From: an uncultured Gemmatimonadales bacterium
GTDB lineage: Bacteria > Gemmatimonadota > Gemmatimonadetes > Longimicrobiales > Gaopeijiaceae
Assembly: GCA_963823035.1 (NCBI GenBank)
Contig: CAWGKG010000008.1
Location: 117,513 to 181,512, forward strand
Length of the DNA: 64,000 bases
Direction of reading: 5' to 3'
A program made the translations under genes and the position numbers. The notes beneath the pieces were generated by a model. The model did no database searches. It had not been told where the DNA came from and worked only from the letters and a program-made list of their open reading frames with translations. This document shows, piece by piece, positions 10,301 through 20,112 of this stretch. The stretch's first letter is position 1. Each line of letters opens with the position of its first letter.

Positions 10301-11933
10301 TCAGCGCGCCTCGACGGTCGCTGCCGCGATGCGGGTGGCCGACGCGGCGGACATGCTCTCGTAGTAGCGGACGAAGCGCGCGGGTTCCTCGGCGTCGTAG
10401 TCCGCGAGGTTGTGCGCCCACCGGTAGCCGATGGGCTGGTACCAGAGCTCCGCCTCGACCGTGAAGGGGCCGCGCGCTCCCCGCAGGTCCACCGCGTAGC
10501 GGACCCGGTCGGACCCGCCGGTGAAGTCGTCGTCACCGGAGGCGTGGCCGTGCACCGCGATCGCGTCCTCGGCTCCGGCCTTCGCGAAGCCACGGGGCAG
10601 GATCCGGTTGTCCTTGGCGTAGCGCACGGCGCGGATCAGCCCCGTCGTCACCTTCCCCCCGGCGTCGGCCAGGATCCCCTCGTAGATCTGCACCTGGTCC
10701 GGGCGGTCGATGAGCGTGTAGTGCGGCTCGAAGCGTGCCGCCTCCTCGTCGTTGTCGTTGCCGAGGATGTGCCCGTCCGCGGCGAGGGCGCCGGACTCGA
10801 ACACAGAACGTCCGGACGGGTCCCGCACGGTGACGTGCAGCCAGGCGCGCCGCGACGGGTACGCGGTCGGCAGCTTGTGGCCGGCGAGGTTGGTCACGGC
10901 GACCTCGGCCGTGAGCCGGTCGCCGTCCACGGCCACGTCGCGGACCTCGAGCTTCGCGGCGCGCGTCCGCAGGTACTCCTCGGTACCGGACGCGGCGGCG
11001 TCGAGCTCCTGGGACAGCGCCTCCACACCCAGCTCGTCGCGGTAGCGGTCGAGCATGCGCTGCATGAAGAAGTTGCCGCCGTGGAAGGTGTGCGTGGACA
11101 CGTTCGCGCGAGGCTGGCCCAGGACGGACGTGACCGGCACCTCCTGGGGCACCTCGGGCATGTGGCAACCCTGGCAGCTCTGCTCGTCCACGAACGCGGA
11201 CGCCTTCCACTCGAGGAAGGGCATCTGCTCGGGCAGCTCGCCGGCCTCCTCGCCGTTCTCGTCGAGCGCCTTGGTGAAGAGGGTGTGGCACGAGGCGCAC
11301 AGCTCGGACGACTGGATGTGGCTCGACTCGGTCGGCTCGAACCCGGAGGAGGAGCGCATGACACGCTGACGGCCGCGGTCGGTCTCGAACGGCCCGAACA
11401 CCTTCCGCTCGCCCTCCGGCGTGGTGGCGTCGAGGTGGACGTCGCCGTTGAACGTCTCGCGGCTCCCCAGGCCGTCGGGCTGGATCTGGTGGCACATCGT
11501 GCAGGACACCCCGTCCGCGGCGAGCGCCGCCTCCGCCCCCTCGGCGCCGAGGATGGGGAGGTTGGCGAACACCTCTCCGAGCCGTCCCGACGCGTGGGCC
11601 GTGTAGCGGGCCATGGGCATGTGGCAGATCGAGCACTCGTCCTCGATGACCGCGCCCGCGGAGGGATGGTCCATCGTCTCGCGGCGGACGGACGCCTGCC
11701 AGTAGGGGTCGCGTGCCGAGTTGGCCATCATCGACGCGCGCCACGCGTAGCCGATCGAGACGTCGCGTCCCGTCGGGGGCCGTGACGCCCTTGTGGCACG
11801 CCAGGCAGCGATCCGACGTGTGGAAGAGCACGGGCGGATCGTCGGGGCCCGGTGCGGCGAGCCGAACCGGCGCCGACGCCCAGGCCACCATCGCCGAAGA
11901 GGCGGCGAGGAGGATGCGGAGAAGCAGGGGCAT
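10301..11933 (-). CDS. secreted pentaheme c-type cytochrome; 1 frameshift near 11765
   Basis: Five CxxCH motifs (CLACH, CSICH, CTMCH, CASCH, CQGCH), signal peptide, SMMANSARDPYW, GHKLPTAYPSRRAWL. Confidence 0.85.
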
Positions 11934-11942
11934 GCTCGTCTC

Positions 11943-13070
11943 CTACCAGCCGTCGAGGAAGCCGCCGTCGAACCAATCCCACAGGAGGTAGAGCATCAGG
12001 CTCGGGGAGCGGCCGGCGGTCTCGGTCACGGGCACGCTCATGCCGACGCTCGCCAGGATGTGCTGGCGCCGGCTCAGCGACACCTGGAGCTGCGGGACGA
12101 GGTCGATGAGCGTCTCGCCCTCGGCACGGTCCCGCACGGTGAGCATCTCCACCATGGGCGACCACGACCGGCCCCACCCCTGGTCCTGCGCGAACGTCTT
12201 GCCGAGGGCGATACGGAGGAACATCTCCTCGACCTCGAACGGTCCCTCGGCGCCGCTCTGCACGTGCAGGAAGCCTCCCGCCGGGAGGATCTGTCCGAAG
12301 GCGACGAACCCCTCCACCATCGTCTCGCCGCCGCCGAGGCCCTTGGCCTCGTTGCCGGTAGGGAGCTTCACCTCGCCGCCGAGGCTGAGGATGCTCCCCC
12401 GCTCCGGGTCGTGCCACATCGCCCGCTTGAGCCCGAGCGCGATGTCGCCGAGCCCGTTGACGCGACCGCCCTCCACCGCGTCCGACTCCACGTACGAGGC
12501 GAAGGGGATCGACACCTCGAACTGGCTCTGATGCCCGAAGCGCCGCTCGTAGACCAGCGTCGCGTCCACCGCGGCGCCCGACTCGAGCGCGGTCGCCGTC
12601 GTGAGCACGGCTTCGTCCTCGGGGTAGGCCTTCTCGGTCGCGAACGCCCTCGGGAGGTTGAGCTCGCCGCGCGGCCAGGAGGGGTCGTGGCAGAGCGACT
12701 TGACGTAGTCGACCACGCGCTCGAGCTGCTCCACGGTGAGTGCGTCGCCGAAGGCCGGCATGATCGTGCTGAAGCCGTTCCTGGCCCCGCCCTCGTGCGC
12801 CATCGCGACCCACTGATCCTTCGGCTCGCGGGACGAGAAGCCGCAGTCGCTGAAGTCGGGGAGCGGCTGCTCGAAGCCGACGAGCGCCCGGTCCTGGCCC
12901 CTTCCGTCCGCGGCGTGGCAGCCGACGCAGGCCGCCTGGAAGATCTCGCGACCGCTCAGGTCCTCCGGGAGCGCCGGATACCCGTTCGCCTGCGCGCGGG
13001 CGGTGGTGGGAAGGAGCGCCGCGACGCACAGGAGCGCGCCCGCGACCCCCTTCGGCGTGCCGTGCCGGAT
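11943..13070 (-). CDS. class I cytochrome c fused to a C-terminal putative outer-membrane beta-barrel
   Basis: The frame of ORF 11943..12803 stays open upstream through CVGCH to a signal peptide (..LLCVAALLPTTARA-Q) beginning at ATC 13070 after AGGAGG. Axial Met in IMPAF; amphipathic strands (GLGDIALGLK, GEVKLPTG) and an aromatic C-terminus. Confidence 0.78.
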   Translation of the reverse strand: MRHGTPKGVAGALLCVAALLPTTARAQANGYPALPEDLSGREIFQAACVGCHAADGRGQDRALVGFEQPLPDFSDCGFSSREPKDQWVAMAHEGGARNGFSTIMPAFGDALTVEQLERVVDYVKSLCHDPSWPRGELNLPRAFATEKAYPEDEAVLTTATALESGAAVDATLVYERRFGHQSQFEVSIPFASYVESDAVEGGRVNGLGDIALGLKRAMWHDPERGSILSLGGEVKLPTGNEAKGLGGGETMVEGFVAFGQILPAGGFLHVQSGAEGPFEVEEMFLRIALGKTFAQDQGWGRSWSPMVEMLTVRDRAEGETLIDLVPQLQVSLSRRQHILASVGMSVPVTETAGRSPSLMLYLLWDWFDGGFLDGW

Positions 13071-13322
13071 GCTCTCCTCCTCGCCGGGGCGGATACCGGG
13101 GTTCCTGGTGAGGCGGGACCTTAGGGCGAGGGGTCGGGAGGCGCCAGCCCGCGGGCGCCGATCCGGCGGCCGGATCTCGCGACTTGTCGTACGGGTAAGC
13201 GAATAGGTAGGATCGTGCAGGGGCCTTCAGGGGCTCCCTGCCCGCCCGATGCGCGGGAAGCATGCGGGGTCGGGGCTGGAGGAAGGGGATCGGGATGGGA
13301 TGACCCTCGCCGCGGGGCGAAC

Positions 13323-14393
13323 GTGTTCACACGCTGCATCTTCTGCCACAAGCCGTTCCCGGAGAACGGCCGACTGGTTCATCTGCCGCACGGGCGCCGC
13401 ATCGCCTACGATCCCGTGGAGGGGCGGCTGTGGACGGTGTGCGAGAGCTGCCACCGCTGGAACCTCTGCCCCATCGAGCACCGCGAGGCCGCGCTCTACG
13501 AGCTCGAGCGCCTCGCCCGGGATCAGGCCAAGCACGTGGCGCATACGGCGCACGTCTCCCTTCTCACGGTCGGCTCCCTCCTCCTGATCCGCGTCGGTGA
13601 GGCCCCGCTCGTCGAGCAGGCCTGGTGGCGGTACGGGCGCGAGCTACGCAAGCGCAAGGCCTCGTACGACAGCGTGCGCTCGAAGGTGACGGCCGCGACG
13701 TTCGGGACGGTCGCGTACGTCGGAGATCTGCTGGGCCTGACCGACTGGGACGTGTCGATCGACTGGGAGGACACCCCCGTCGCGGACATCCTGCGCTGGA
13801 GGCGCTTCGGCTGGGCGGCGTGGCACGGACGGGAGACCTGCCCCTACTGCAACAGCACGCTGCGCGCCCTGCGCTACGAGCTGTCGTGGTGGGCGTATCC
13901 ACTGCGCGGCGAGGATGGGAGCCTCGGGATCGGCATCCCCTGCCAGCGCTGCGACCCGTGGACGCCCGAGAAGATCTACGAGCTGAAGGGCGACGTGGCG
14001 GAGAACGTGCTTCGGCGCGTGCTCGCCTACCAGAACATCGCCGGCGCCTCCGAGCGCAGGATCACCGACGCCGCGCTGGCGATCGAGCGGGCGGGATCCG
14101 TCGGAGGCTTCGCGTTGGGCGCCACGGAGAGGCACGAGACGCTCTGGCGGATGGGTCCGACCCGGACGATCGCGCTCGAGATCGCGCTCAACGAGACGGT
14201 GGAGCGGCGCATGTTGGACCTCGAGGTGCGCGCGCTCGAGTTCCTGTGGAAGCGCGAGGAGGAGCTGGCCCGGATCATCGATACGGAGCTGACGCCGCGC
14301 AGGCTCTTCGAGGTGCACCTGCGCCGGTTGCCGATCCGCCTGAGGCCCCGGCCGGTCTCGAACCTCGTGGCAGACGCGGACGCGCTCCGGTAG
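13323..14393 (+). CDS. hypothetical protein with four CxxC pairs (putative double zinc ribbon)
   Basis: GTG 13323 gives MFTRCIFCH..CESCHRWNL..CPYC..CQRC; C-terminal LALEIALNE..EEELARIID-type helix; no signal peptide. Confidence 0.75.
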   Translation: MFTRCIFCHKPFPENGRLVHLPHGRRIAYDPVEGRLWTVCESCHRWNLCPIEHREAALYELERLARDQAKHVAHTAHVSLLTVGSLLLIRVGEAPLVEQAWWRYGRELRKRKASYDSVRSKVTAATFGTVAYVGDLLGLTDWDVSIDWEDTPVADILRWRRFGWAAWHGRETCPYCNSTLRALRYELSWWAYPLRGEDGSLGIGIPCQRCDPWTPEKIYELKGDVAENVLRRVLAYQNIAGASERRITDAALAIERAGSVGGFALGATERHETLWRMGPTRTIALEIALNETVERRMLDLEVRALEFLWKREEELARIIDTELTPRRLFEVHLRRLPIRLRPRPVSNLVADADALR

Positions 14394-14401
14394 CTCGCGG
14401 G

Positions 14402-15490
14402 TTATCGCGGCGCGTCCGGCAGGCCTCCAGGCCCCTCCATTCCGGGATGTCCGTACCTCGTGGATCGTATGTCCTGGATGCGCTGCACGTACTCCACGTC
14501 GCTCATGCCGTTCTGCCAGACGCCGGCGGCCCGCGCGCCCACGTATCCGGTGAGGAAGAGCGCGACGATCGCCGCTGCGTAGGCGAGGGGCCCGAGGCGG
14601 TGACCCGCCACGCCCACCGCGAGCGCGTCCTTCTTGGGACACACCGCCACGCAGTCGAGGCAGCCCGTGCATTCGGGGCTGGTCACGGCCGGCTTCGACG
14701 AGATGGGCAGGCGGGCCATGCAGGCCTTGTCGCACAGGCCGCAGGAGACGCACAGGTCCGCGTCCCGGCGGACCTTCACCGGCGACGCCCAGGAGAAGAG
14801 CCCGAGCAGCGCGCCGTAGGGGCAGAGGTAGCGGCACCAGACGCCCTGGACGAACACGGAGCCGACCACGAGCGCGCCCAGGACCAGGATGCCGATGCGG
14901 CCCATGTCGGTGAAGAAGAGCTCCATCTTCACGTCGGCCACGCGGTTGTACGGCGAGTCCAGGAATGCGGACAGCGCTTGCGGCGACATGGCCAGGATCG
15001 CCCAGAGGAAGAAGGCGAGCAGGGCGTACTTGAGGCCCCGCAGCGGCAGGTCCACCCACGTCCAGAAGCGGAAGTTGCGTCCGAAGGCCCAGCGTCCGAA
15101 GCGGGCGAGCGTCTCGGAGAGGAAGCCGACCGGACACACCCACGAGCAGAACGACTTGCGCAGCAGCACCGCCAGAGCGACCGCGATGAGCACGAGGACC
15201 GTGGCCGCCGGATGGATGACGTTGAGCGCGCCCTGGTGGAACCAGTCCACCAGGCCCATCAGGCCGCTGATGGGCAGGAAGGCCTCGACGCCGGCCGGGC
15301 GCCCGGGAAGCGGGAGCGTGCCGGCCTCGGCGGCCACGACGAAGCGCTCGAACCGGATCCCGACCAGCACGCAGACGGCCGCGAACGCGACCTGGACGAC
15401 GCGGCGCACGCGGAACCGGCGCTCGGCGCGTCGACCGCTGCGACCGGCGAGCCACTCGGGCAGCCCGGAGATACGGGGCGAGGTCTTCAT
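14402..15490 (-). CDS. membrane polyferredoxin (NapH/MauN-like 4Fe-4S binding protein)
   Basis: FCSWVCPVG, WCRYLCPYG, CVSCGLCDKAC, CTGCLDCVAVCP plus TM helices. Confidence 0.88.
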   Translation of the reverse strand: MKTSPRISGLPEWLAGRSGRRAERRFRVRRVVQVAFAAVCVLVGIRFERFVVAAEAGTLPLPGRPAGVEAFLPISGLMGLVDWFHQGALNVIHPAATVLVLIAVALAVLLRKSFCSWVCPVGFLSETLARFGRWAFGRNFRFWTWVDLPLRGLKYALLAFFLWAILAMSPQALSAFLDSPYNRVADVKMELFFTDMGRIGILVLGALVVGSVFVQGVWCRYLCPYGALLGLFSWASPVKVRRDADLCVSCGLCDKACMARLPISSKPAVTSPECTGCLDCVAVCPKKDALAVGVAGHRLGPLAYAAAIVALFLTGYVGARAAGVWQNGMSDVEYVQRIQDIRSTRYGHPGMEGPGGLPDAPR

Positions 15491-15586
15491 GTGGCTAAAG
15501 ATGCCCACGCGGACCGTCGCACGTCGTCGGGTGGAGCCCGAGATCGCGGGAGGGGAATGCCCTACGGAAAGTCCCGCATACGGGCC

Positions 15587-16571
15587 CTACCAGCGCGGGT
15601 GGACGTCGGCGCGGAGGTGCTCGTCGTAGATGCGGGCGATCCGCCGCATCGCCTCGGGGGAGAGCTCGGGGAGCTCCGAGGCGCGCGCGTTGTCACGCGC
15701 CTGCTCCGGCGTCTTCGCGCCCGGGATCACCGCGCTCACCGCCGGATGCATGAGGATCCACCGGAGCGCGAGCTGCGCCATGGTGGCCCCCTCGGGGACG
15801 AGCTCGCGCAGCTCCTCCACCGCCCTCAGCCCACGCGCGTAGTCGACGCCGGAGAACGTCTCGCCCACGTCGAAGGACTCCCCGTGGCGGTTGAAGCTCC
15901 GGTGGTCGTCGTCTGCGAACTCCGTGCTCGGCGTCATCTTGCCGGTGAGCAGGCCGGACGCCAGCGGCACCCGCGCGAGGATGCCCACGTTCCGCTCGGC
16001 GGCCCGCGCGAAGAAGCGCTCGGCCGGCCGCTGCCGGAAGACGTTGAAGATGATCTGCACGCTCTCCACGCCGGGAAACTCGATGGCCTTGAGGGCCTCC
16101 TCCACCTTCTCGACGCTCACGCCGTAGTGCGCGATCTTCCCGGCCGCCTTGAGGCGGTCCAGCCCGGCGAACAGGGCGGGGTCGTAGTAGACCTCCGTGG
16201 GCGGGCAGTGGAGCTGGACGAGGTCGAGCGTGTCCTGTTGGAGGTACTCGCCGGCTGCGATCCACGAACGCCTCGATGTTCGCCGGCGTGTACCCCGCGG
16301 CGACGTGCGGGTCGAGGCGACGCCCCGCCTTCGTGGCGATCGTCGGGCGCGGCTCGCGGCCGGCGCTCGCGCGCGCGACCAGGCGTTCGCTGCGCCCGTC
16401 GCCGTAGACGTCGGCGGTGTCCACGAGCGTCATCCCGGCGTCGAGCGCGCTCTCGAGCGTGGCGAGCGCCACGTCCTCCTCCACGTGTCCCCAGTCGGCG
16501 CCGATCGCCCACGCGCCGAAGCCGACCTCCGACACCTCGAACCCCGTGCTGCCCAGCGGTCTCGTCTTCAT
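15587..16571 (-). CDS. aldo/keto reductase; frameshifted near 16240-16260
   Basis: MKTRPLGSTG..GFGAWAIG, DTADVYGDGRSE, IATKAG, then RVPLASGLLTGK and VIPGAKT in ORF 15587..16120. Confidence 0.9.
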
Positions 16572-16579
16572 GGCGCGCC

Positions 16580-18847
16580 CTATCGCCCCCCCGGAGGGAG
16601 GTGCTCCTCCAGGTAGCTCGTAAGCAGCGTGCGCAGGTGGAGCGTGGTGCCCGGCCCCTCGTAGATGCCGTGCGTCCGGTTCGGATACGCCATCATCGTG
16701 AACGGCTTGTCGAGCTCCACCAGCCGGTTGATGAGGCGCTGCGTGCCCTGGTAGTGGACGTTGTCGTCGCCGGTGCCGTGCACGATGAGGAGGTCGCCCT
16801 GCAGCCCCTCCGCGAAGTTGATCGGCGAGCCCTTCCGATACCCCTCCGCGTACTCCGGCAGGACGCCGGAATAGCGCTCCTGGTAGATGGCGTCGTAGAG
16901 ACGCTGGTCGGGCACGGGCGCCACGGACATCCCCACGGAGTACAGCTCGGGATGGCGGAACATCAGGTTGAGCGTCATCGAACCGCCGCCGCTCCAACCC
17001 CAGACGCCGATGCGGTCACCGTCCACGTACGGGAGGTCGCGCACGCCCGATTGGCCGCCGCCTGGTCCTCGGAAGCGAGCACGCCGATGGCGCCGTGCAC
17101 GCTCTTGCGCCACGCACGCCCGCGCGGATCGGGCTGACCGCGGTTGTCCACGCTCGCCACGATGTAGCCCTGTCTGCGTGAGCATGAGGTGCCACAGGTA
17201 GGTCGCCCCGCCCCACTGGTCCTGGACGGTCTGCCCCGCCGGCTCGCCGTACACGTAGAAGAGCACCGGGTACTTCTTCGCCGGATCGAAGTCCGGCGGC
17301 TTCATCATCCAGGCGTCCAGGTCGGGCCCACCGTCGTCGCGGTGGATGCGCATGAACTCCGCGTCGCCCTTGTCGAGCGCGGCCACGGCCGTCTTCAGCG
17401 CGGCGTTGTCCTCGAGCACCCGCACGGTCGCGTGCCCCGGGAGGTCCACCAGCGTCCACGCGGTCGGCAGATCGAAGCGCGAGTACGTGTGGAACGCCCA
17501 CTTCCCGTCGGGCGAGACGTCGTATCCGTTCCACCCGTCCTGGTCGGCCGGAGTCAGGCGTTCGGGCGTACCCTTCCCGTCCAGCCTCCCGCGGTAGAGG
17601 TAGCGCTGGGCGGGGCTGTCCGGCGAAGCGATGAAGTAGATCCAGCCGCCCTTCTGGTCGACCAGGTCGACCTCGATCACGTCCATCGGCCAGGGCGTCA
17701 GGAGCTTCTCGCTCCCGTCGTCGCGCGAGATCGAGTAGACGTGCCTCCATCCGTCCTTCTCGCTCACCCACGTGAAGCGCTTGCCGCCGTCCAGCCAGAA
17801 GACGTCGTCGACCACGTCCACCCAGGCGGAGTCGGTGTCGACGTAGACCTCGCGGGTCTTCCCGGTGGCCGCATCGGCCATCAGCACGTGGTTCTCGTTC
17901 TGCGGGCGGTTCATGTGCTGGACGAGGAGGTGGCTCGAGTCGTCCGCCCACTCCACCCGGGGGATGTAGTGGTTGCGCGGATCGCCCGGCACGTCCATCC
18001 ACACGGTCTCGCCGCCGTCGGCGCTCACCACCCCGACCCTCGCGGCCGACAGCACCTGCCCGACCTTGGGATACGGGATCGACTTGAACTGCGGGTAGAG
18101 CGAGTCGGTGTAGTTCACGAGGACGAACTCGCGCACGCCCTCGCTGTCCATCTGCCAATAGGCGATGTGCGTGCCGTCCGGACTCCAGCGAAAGCCGTCC
18201 TGGATGCTGAACTCCTCCTCGTACGCCCAGCTGAAGTTCCCGTTGATGAGCGTGTGTGAGCCGCCGGTCGTGAGCCGGGTCCGCGTCCCGTCGGAGAGGC
18301 GCTCGACCCAGATGTCGTTGGCCTGCACGAACGCCACGCGGTCCCCCTGCGGGGAGAACTTGGCGAACATGAGCGTCGATTCGGGGAAGTCCGCCGCCAC
18401 CTGATGGAGCCCACCGCCGTCCAGGTCGAGCACCCAGTAGTCGCCGCGGGTGTTCGTGCGCCATACCCGCTGTGTGTTCGTGAATACGAGCAGCTTCTTC
18501 CCGTCGTCGGACCAGCTGTAGTCCTCGGGGATGAGCGGCTGCGACGCGCCGGGCGGCACCAGGCGCGTCGCCGGGACGAGGACGCTGCGGGCCCCGCTCC
18601 TCGGGTCGTAGCGGACGATGTCCAGGCCGCGCACCGAGGGCGAGCGCTCGACCGTCGTGTAGCCCGATCCGTCCTCGAGCCAGCGTGCCGGGCCGAAGTA
18701 GGCCGACGCGAAGTCGCGCGACGCGAAGATGCGCTCGACCGTGAGGCGGGAGGGATTCTGTTGGGCCGCGGCCGGCGCGACGAGGGCCAGAAGGAGGATC
18801 GACGCGACGGTGGACGCGGATCGTATACGACGGGCGGAAGTCTCCAT
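16580..18847 (-). CDS. dipeptidyl peptidase IV-like S9 peptidase (secreted); compensated double frameshift about 17170-17050
   Basis: WAYEEEF, WSPDG, YVYGEP, GWSGGG, DDNVH, RTHG; the segment SVDNRG..RGRAWRK lies in ORF 16975..17160. Confidence 0.93.
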   Translation of the reverse strand: METSARRIRSASTVASILLLALVAPAAAQQNPSRLTVERIFASRDFASAYFGPARWLEDGSGYTTVERSPSVRGLDIVRYDPRSGARSVLVPATRLVPPGASQPLIPEDYSWSDDGKKLLVFTNTQRVWRTNTRGDYWVLDLDGGGLHQVAADFPESTLMFAKFSPQGDRVAFVQANDIWVERLSDGTRTRLTTGGSHTLINGNFSWAYEEEFSIQDGFRWSPDGTHIAYWQMDSEGVREFVLVNYTDSLYPQFKSIPYPKVGQVLSAARVGVVSADGGETVWMDVPGDPRNHYIPRVEWADDSSHLLVQHMNRPQNENHVLMADAATGKTREVYVDTDSAWVDVVDDVFWLDGGKRFTWVSEKDGWRHVYSISRDDGSEKLLTPWPMDVIEVDLVDQKGGWIYFIASPDSPAQRYLYRGRLDGKGTPERLTPADQDGWNGYDVSPDGKWAFHTYSRFDLPTAWTLVDLPGHATVRVLEDNAALKTAVAALDKGDAEFMRIHRDDGGPDLDAWMMKPPDFDPAKKYPVLFYVYGEPAGQTVQDQWGGATYLWHLMLTQTGLHRGERGQPRSARSARACVAQERARRHRRARFRGPGGGQSGVRDLPYVDGDRIGVWGWSGGGSMTLNLMFRHPELYSVGMSVAPVPDQRLYDAIYQERYSGVLPEYAEGYRKGSPINFAEGLQGDLLIVHGTGDDNVHYQGTQRLINRLVELDKPFTMMAYPNRTHGIYEGPGTTLHLRTLLTSYLEEHLPPGGR

Positions 18848-18885
18848 GCGTCCCAGCTACACCCGCTCCCCGAGCGCGATCCCGC

Positions 18886-20109
18886 TCACTCCCGCTCGCG
18901 GAGGACGATCCAGGTGGCGCCCATCAGGAGCGCGGCCGCGATCAGGAAGGGGAGCCCGGGGAGGTGCCATCCCTTCCAGGGCCCGATCGCCGCCGCGAAG
19001 GTCTGCGTGAACATCACCGGCGCGATGATGCCGGCCACTCCCATCAGGCTCGCGACGGCACCCTGCAGGCGGCCCTGCTCCGACTCGCCGACCCGGCCGG
19101 TCATGATGCTCTGCAGGTTCGGGTACGTGAAGCCGAAAAGCGCCGAGAAGGGGATCCCGACCAGGAAGAGGGGGCCCGTGGGCGCGAGCGCGAACACGAT
19201 GAAGCCGAGCGTTCCGAACACCAGACCGGCCAGCAGCGCGCGCCGCTCCCCGAAGACGCGGGCCACCCGGCCGACGAGTCCCGCCTGGACGATCATCGAG
19301 GCGACGCCCACCCCCGCGAGGACCAGGCCGACCGTGCGCTCCGTCCACGCGTAGCGGTAGTCGCCGTAGAGCACGAAGAGCGAGGGCATCGCGTCGTGCG
19401 CCATCCGGTAGAGGAATGCGGCGGCCGCGAACCCGAAGAGCGCGCGGTGGCCCCGCAGGAAGCCCAGGGAGCCCAGCGGGTTGGCGTTGCGCAGGTCGAG
19501 CGGGGCGCGCCGCTCCGGCGGGAGCGATTCCGGGAGGATGAAGAAGCCGTAGGCGGTGCCGACCAGGCTCAGCGCGCCCGCCACCCAGAAGGGGAGGCGG
19601 AGGTCGACGCTCCCGAGCAGCCCCCCCGCGGCGGGCCCGAGCACGAAGCCGATCCCGAACGCCGCGCCGAGCAACCCGTAGTAGCCGGCGCGCTTCTCGC
19701 GCGCGGTCACGTCCGCGATGTAGGCGTACGCCGTGGCGTAGCTCGCCGAGGTGATCCCCGACAGGACGCGTCCCAGGAAGAGCCAGCGCAGCGTAGGCGC
19801 TGTAGCCATGATGAAGTAGTCGACCGCGAGGCCGAAGGTGGACAGGAGGATCACCCTTCTGCGACCGAACCGGTCCGAGAGCGCCCCGATGAAGGGCGCG
19901 CACAGGAACTGCATGCCCGCCCACACCGTGCCGAACAGGCCGTAGTAGAGGGCCGCGCTCGCGGTGTCACCGCCCTCGAACTCGATGATCAGCTTCGGCA
20001 GCACCGGGACGATGATGCCGAGTGCGAGCATGTCGAGGAGGACGGTGACGAAGATGAAGACGAAGGCGGCGCGCGTGGGGCCGCGGGGGTCGCCCTGGGG
20101 TTCGGTCAT
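18886..20109 (-). CDS. MFS transporter, TetA/TCR-like (DHA1)
   Basis: GIIVPVLP, GALSDRFGRR, AYIADVT, GFVLGPAAGG, LPESL. Confidence 0.92.
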   Translation of the reverse strand: MTEPQGDPRGPTRAAFVFIFVTVLLDMLALGIIVPVLPKLIIEFEGGDTASAALYYGLFGTVWAGMQFLCAPFIGALSDRFGRRRVILLSTFGLAVDYFIMATAPTLRWLFLGRVLSGITSASYATAYAYIADVTAREKRAGYYGLLGAAFGIGFVLGPAAGGLLGSVDLRLPFWVAGALSLVGTAYGFFILPESLPPERRAPLDLRNANPLGSLGFLRGHRALFGFAAAAFLYRMAHDAMPSLFVLYGDYRYAWTERTVGLVLAGVGVASMIVQAGLVGRVARVFGERRALLAGLVFGTLGFIVFALAPTGPLFLVGIPFSALFGFTYPNLQSIMTGRVGESEQGRLQGAVASLMGVAGIIAPVMFTQTFAAAIGPWKGWHLPGLPFLIAAALLMGATWIVLRERE

Positions 20110-20112
20110 GCG

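Noticed and set aside
13323..13460. CIFCH and CESCH as heme c sites
   Set aside because: No signal peptide, and two more CxxC pairs lack His; zinc ribbons are more plausible.
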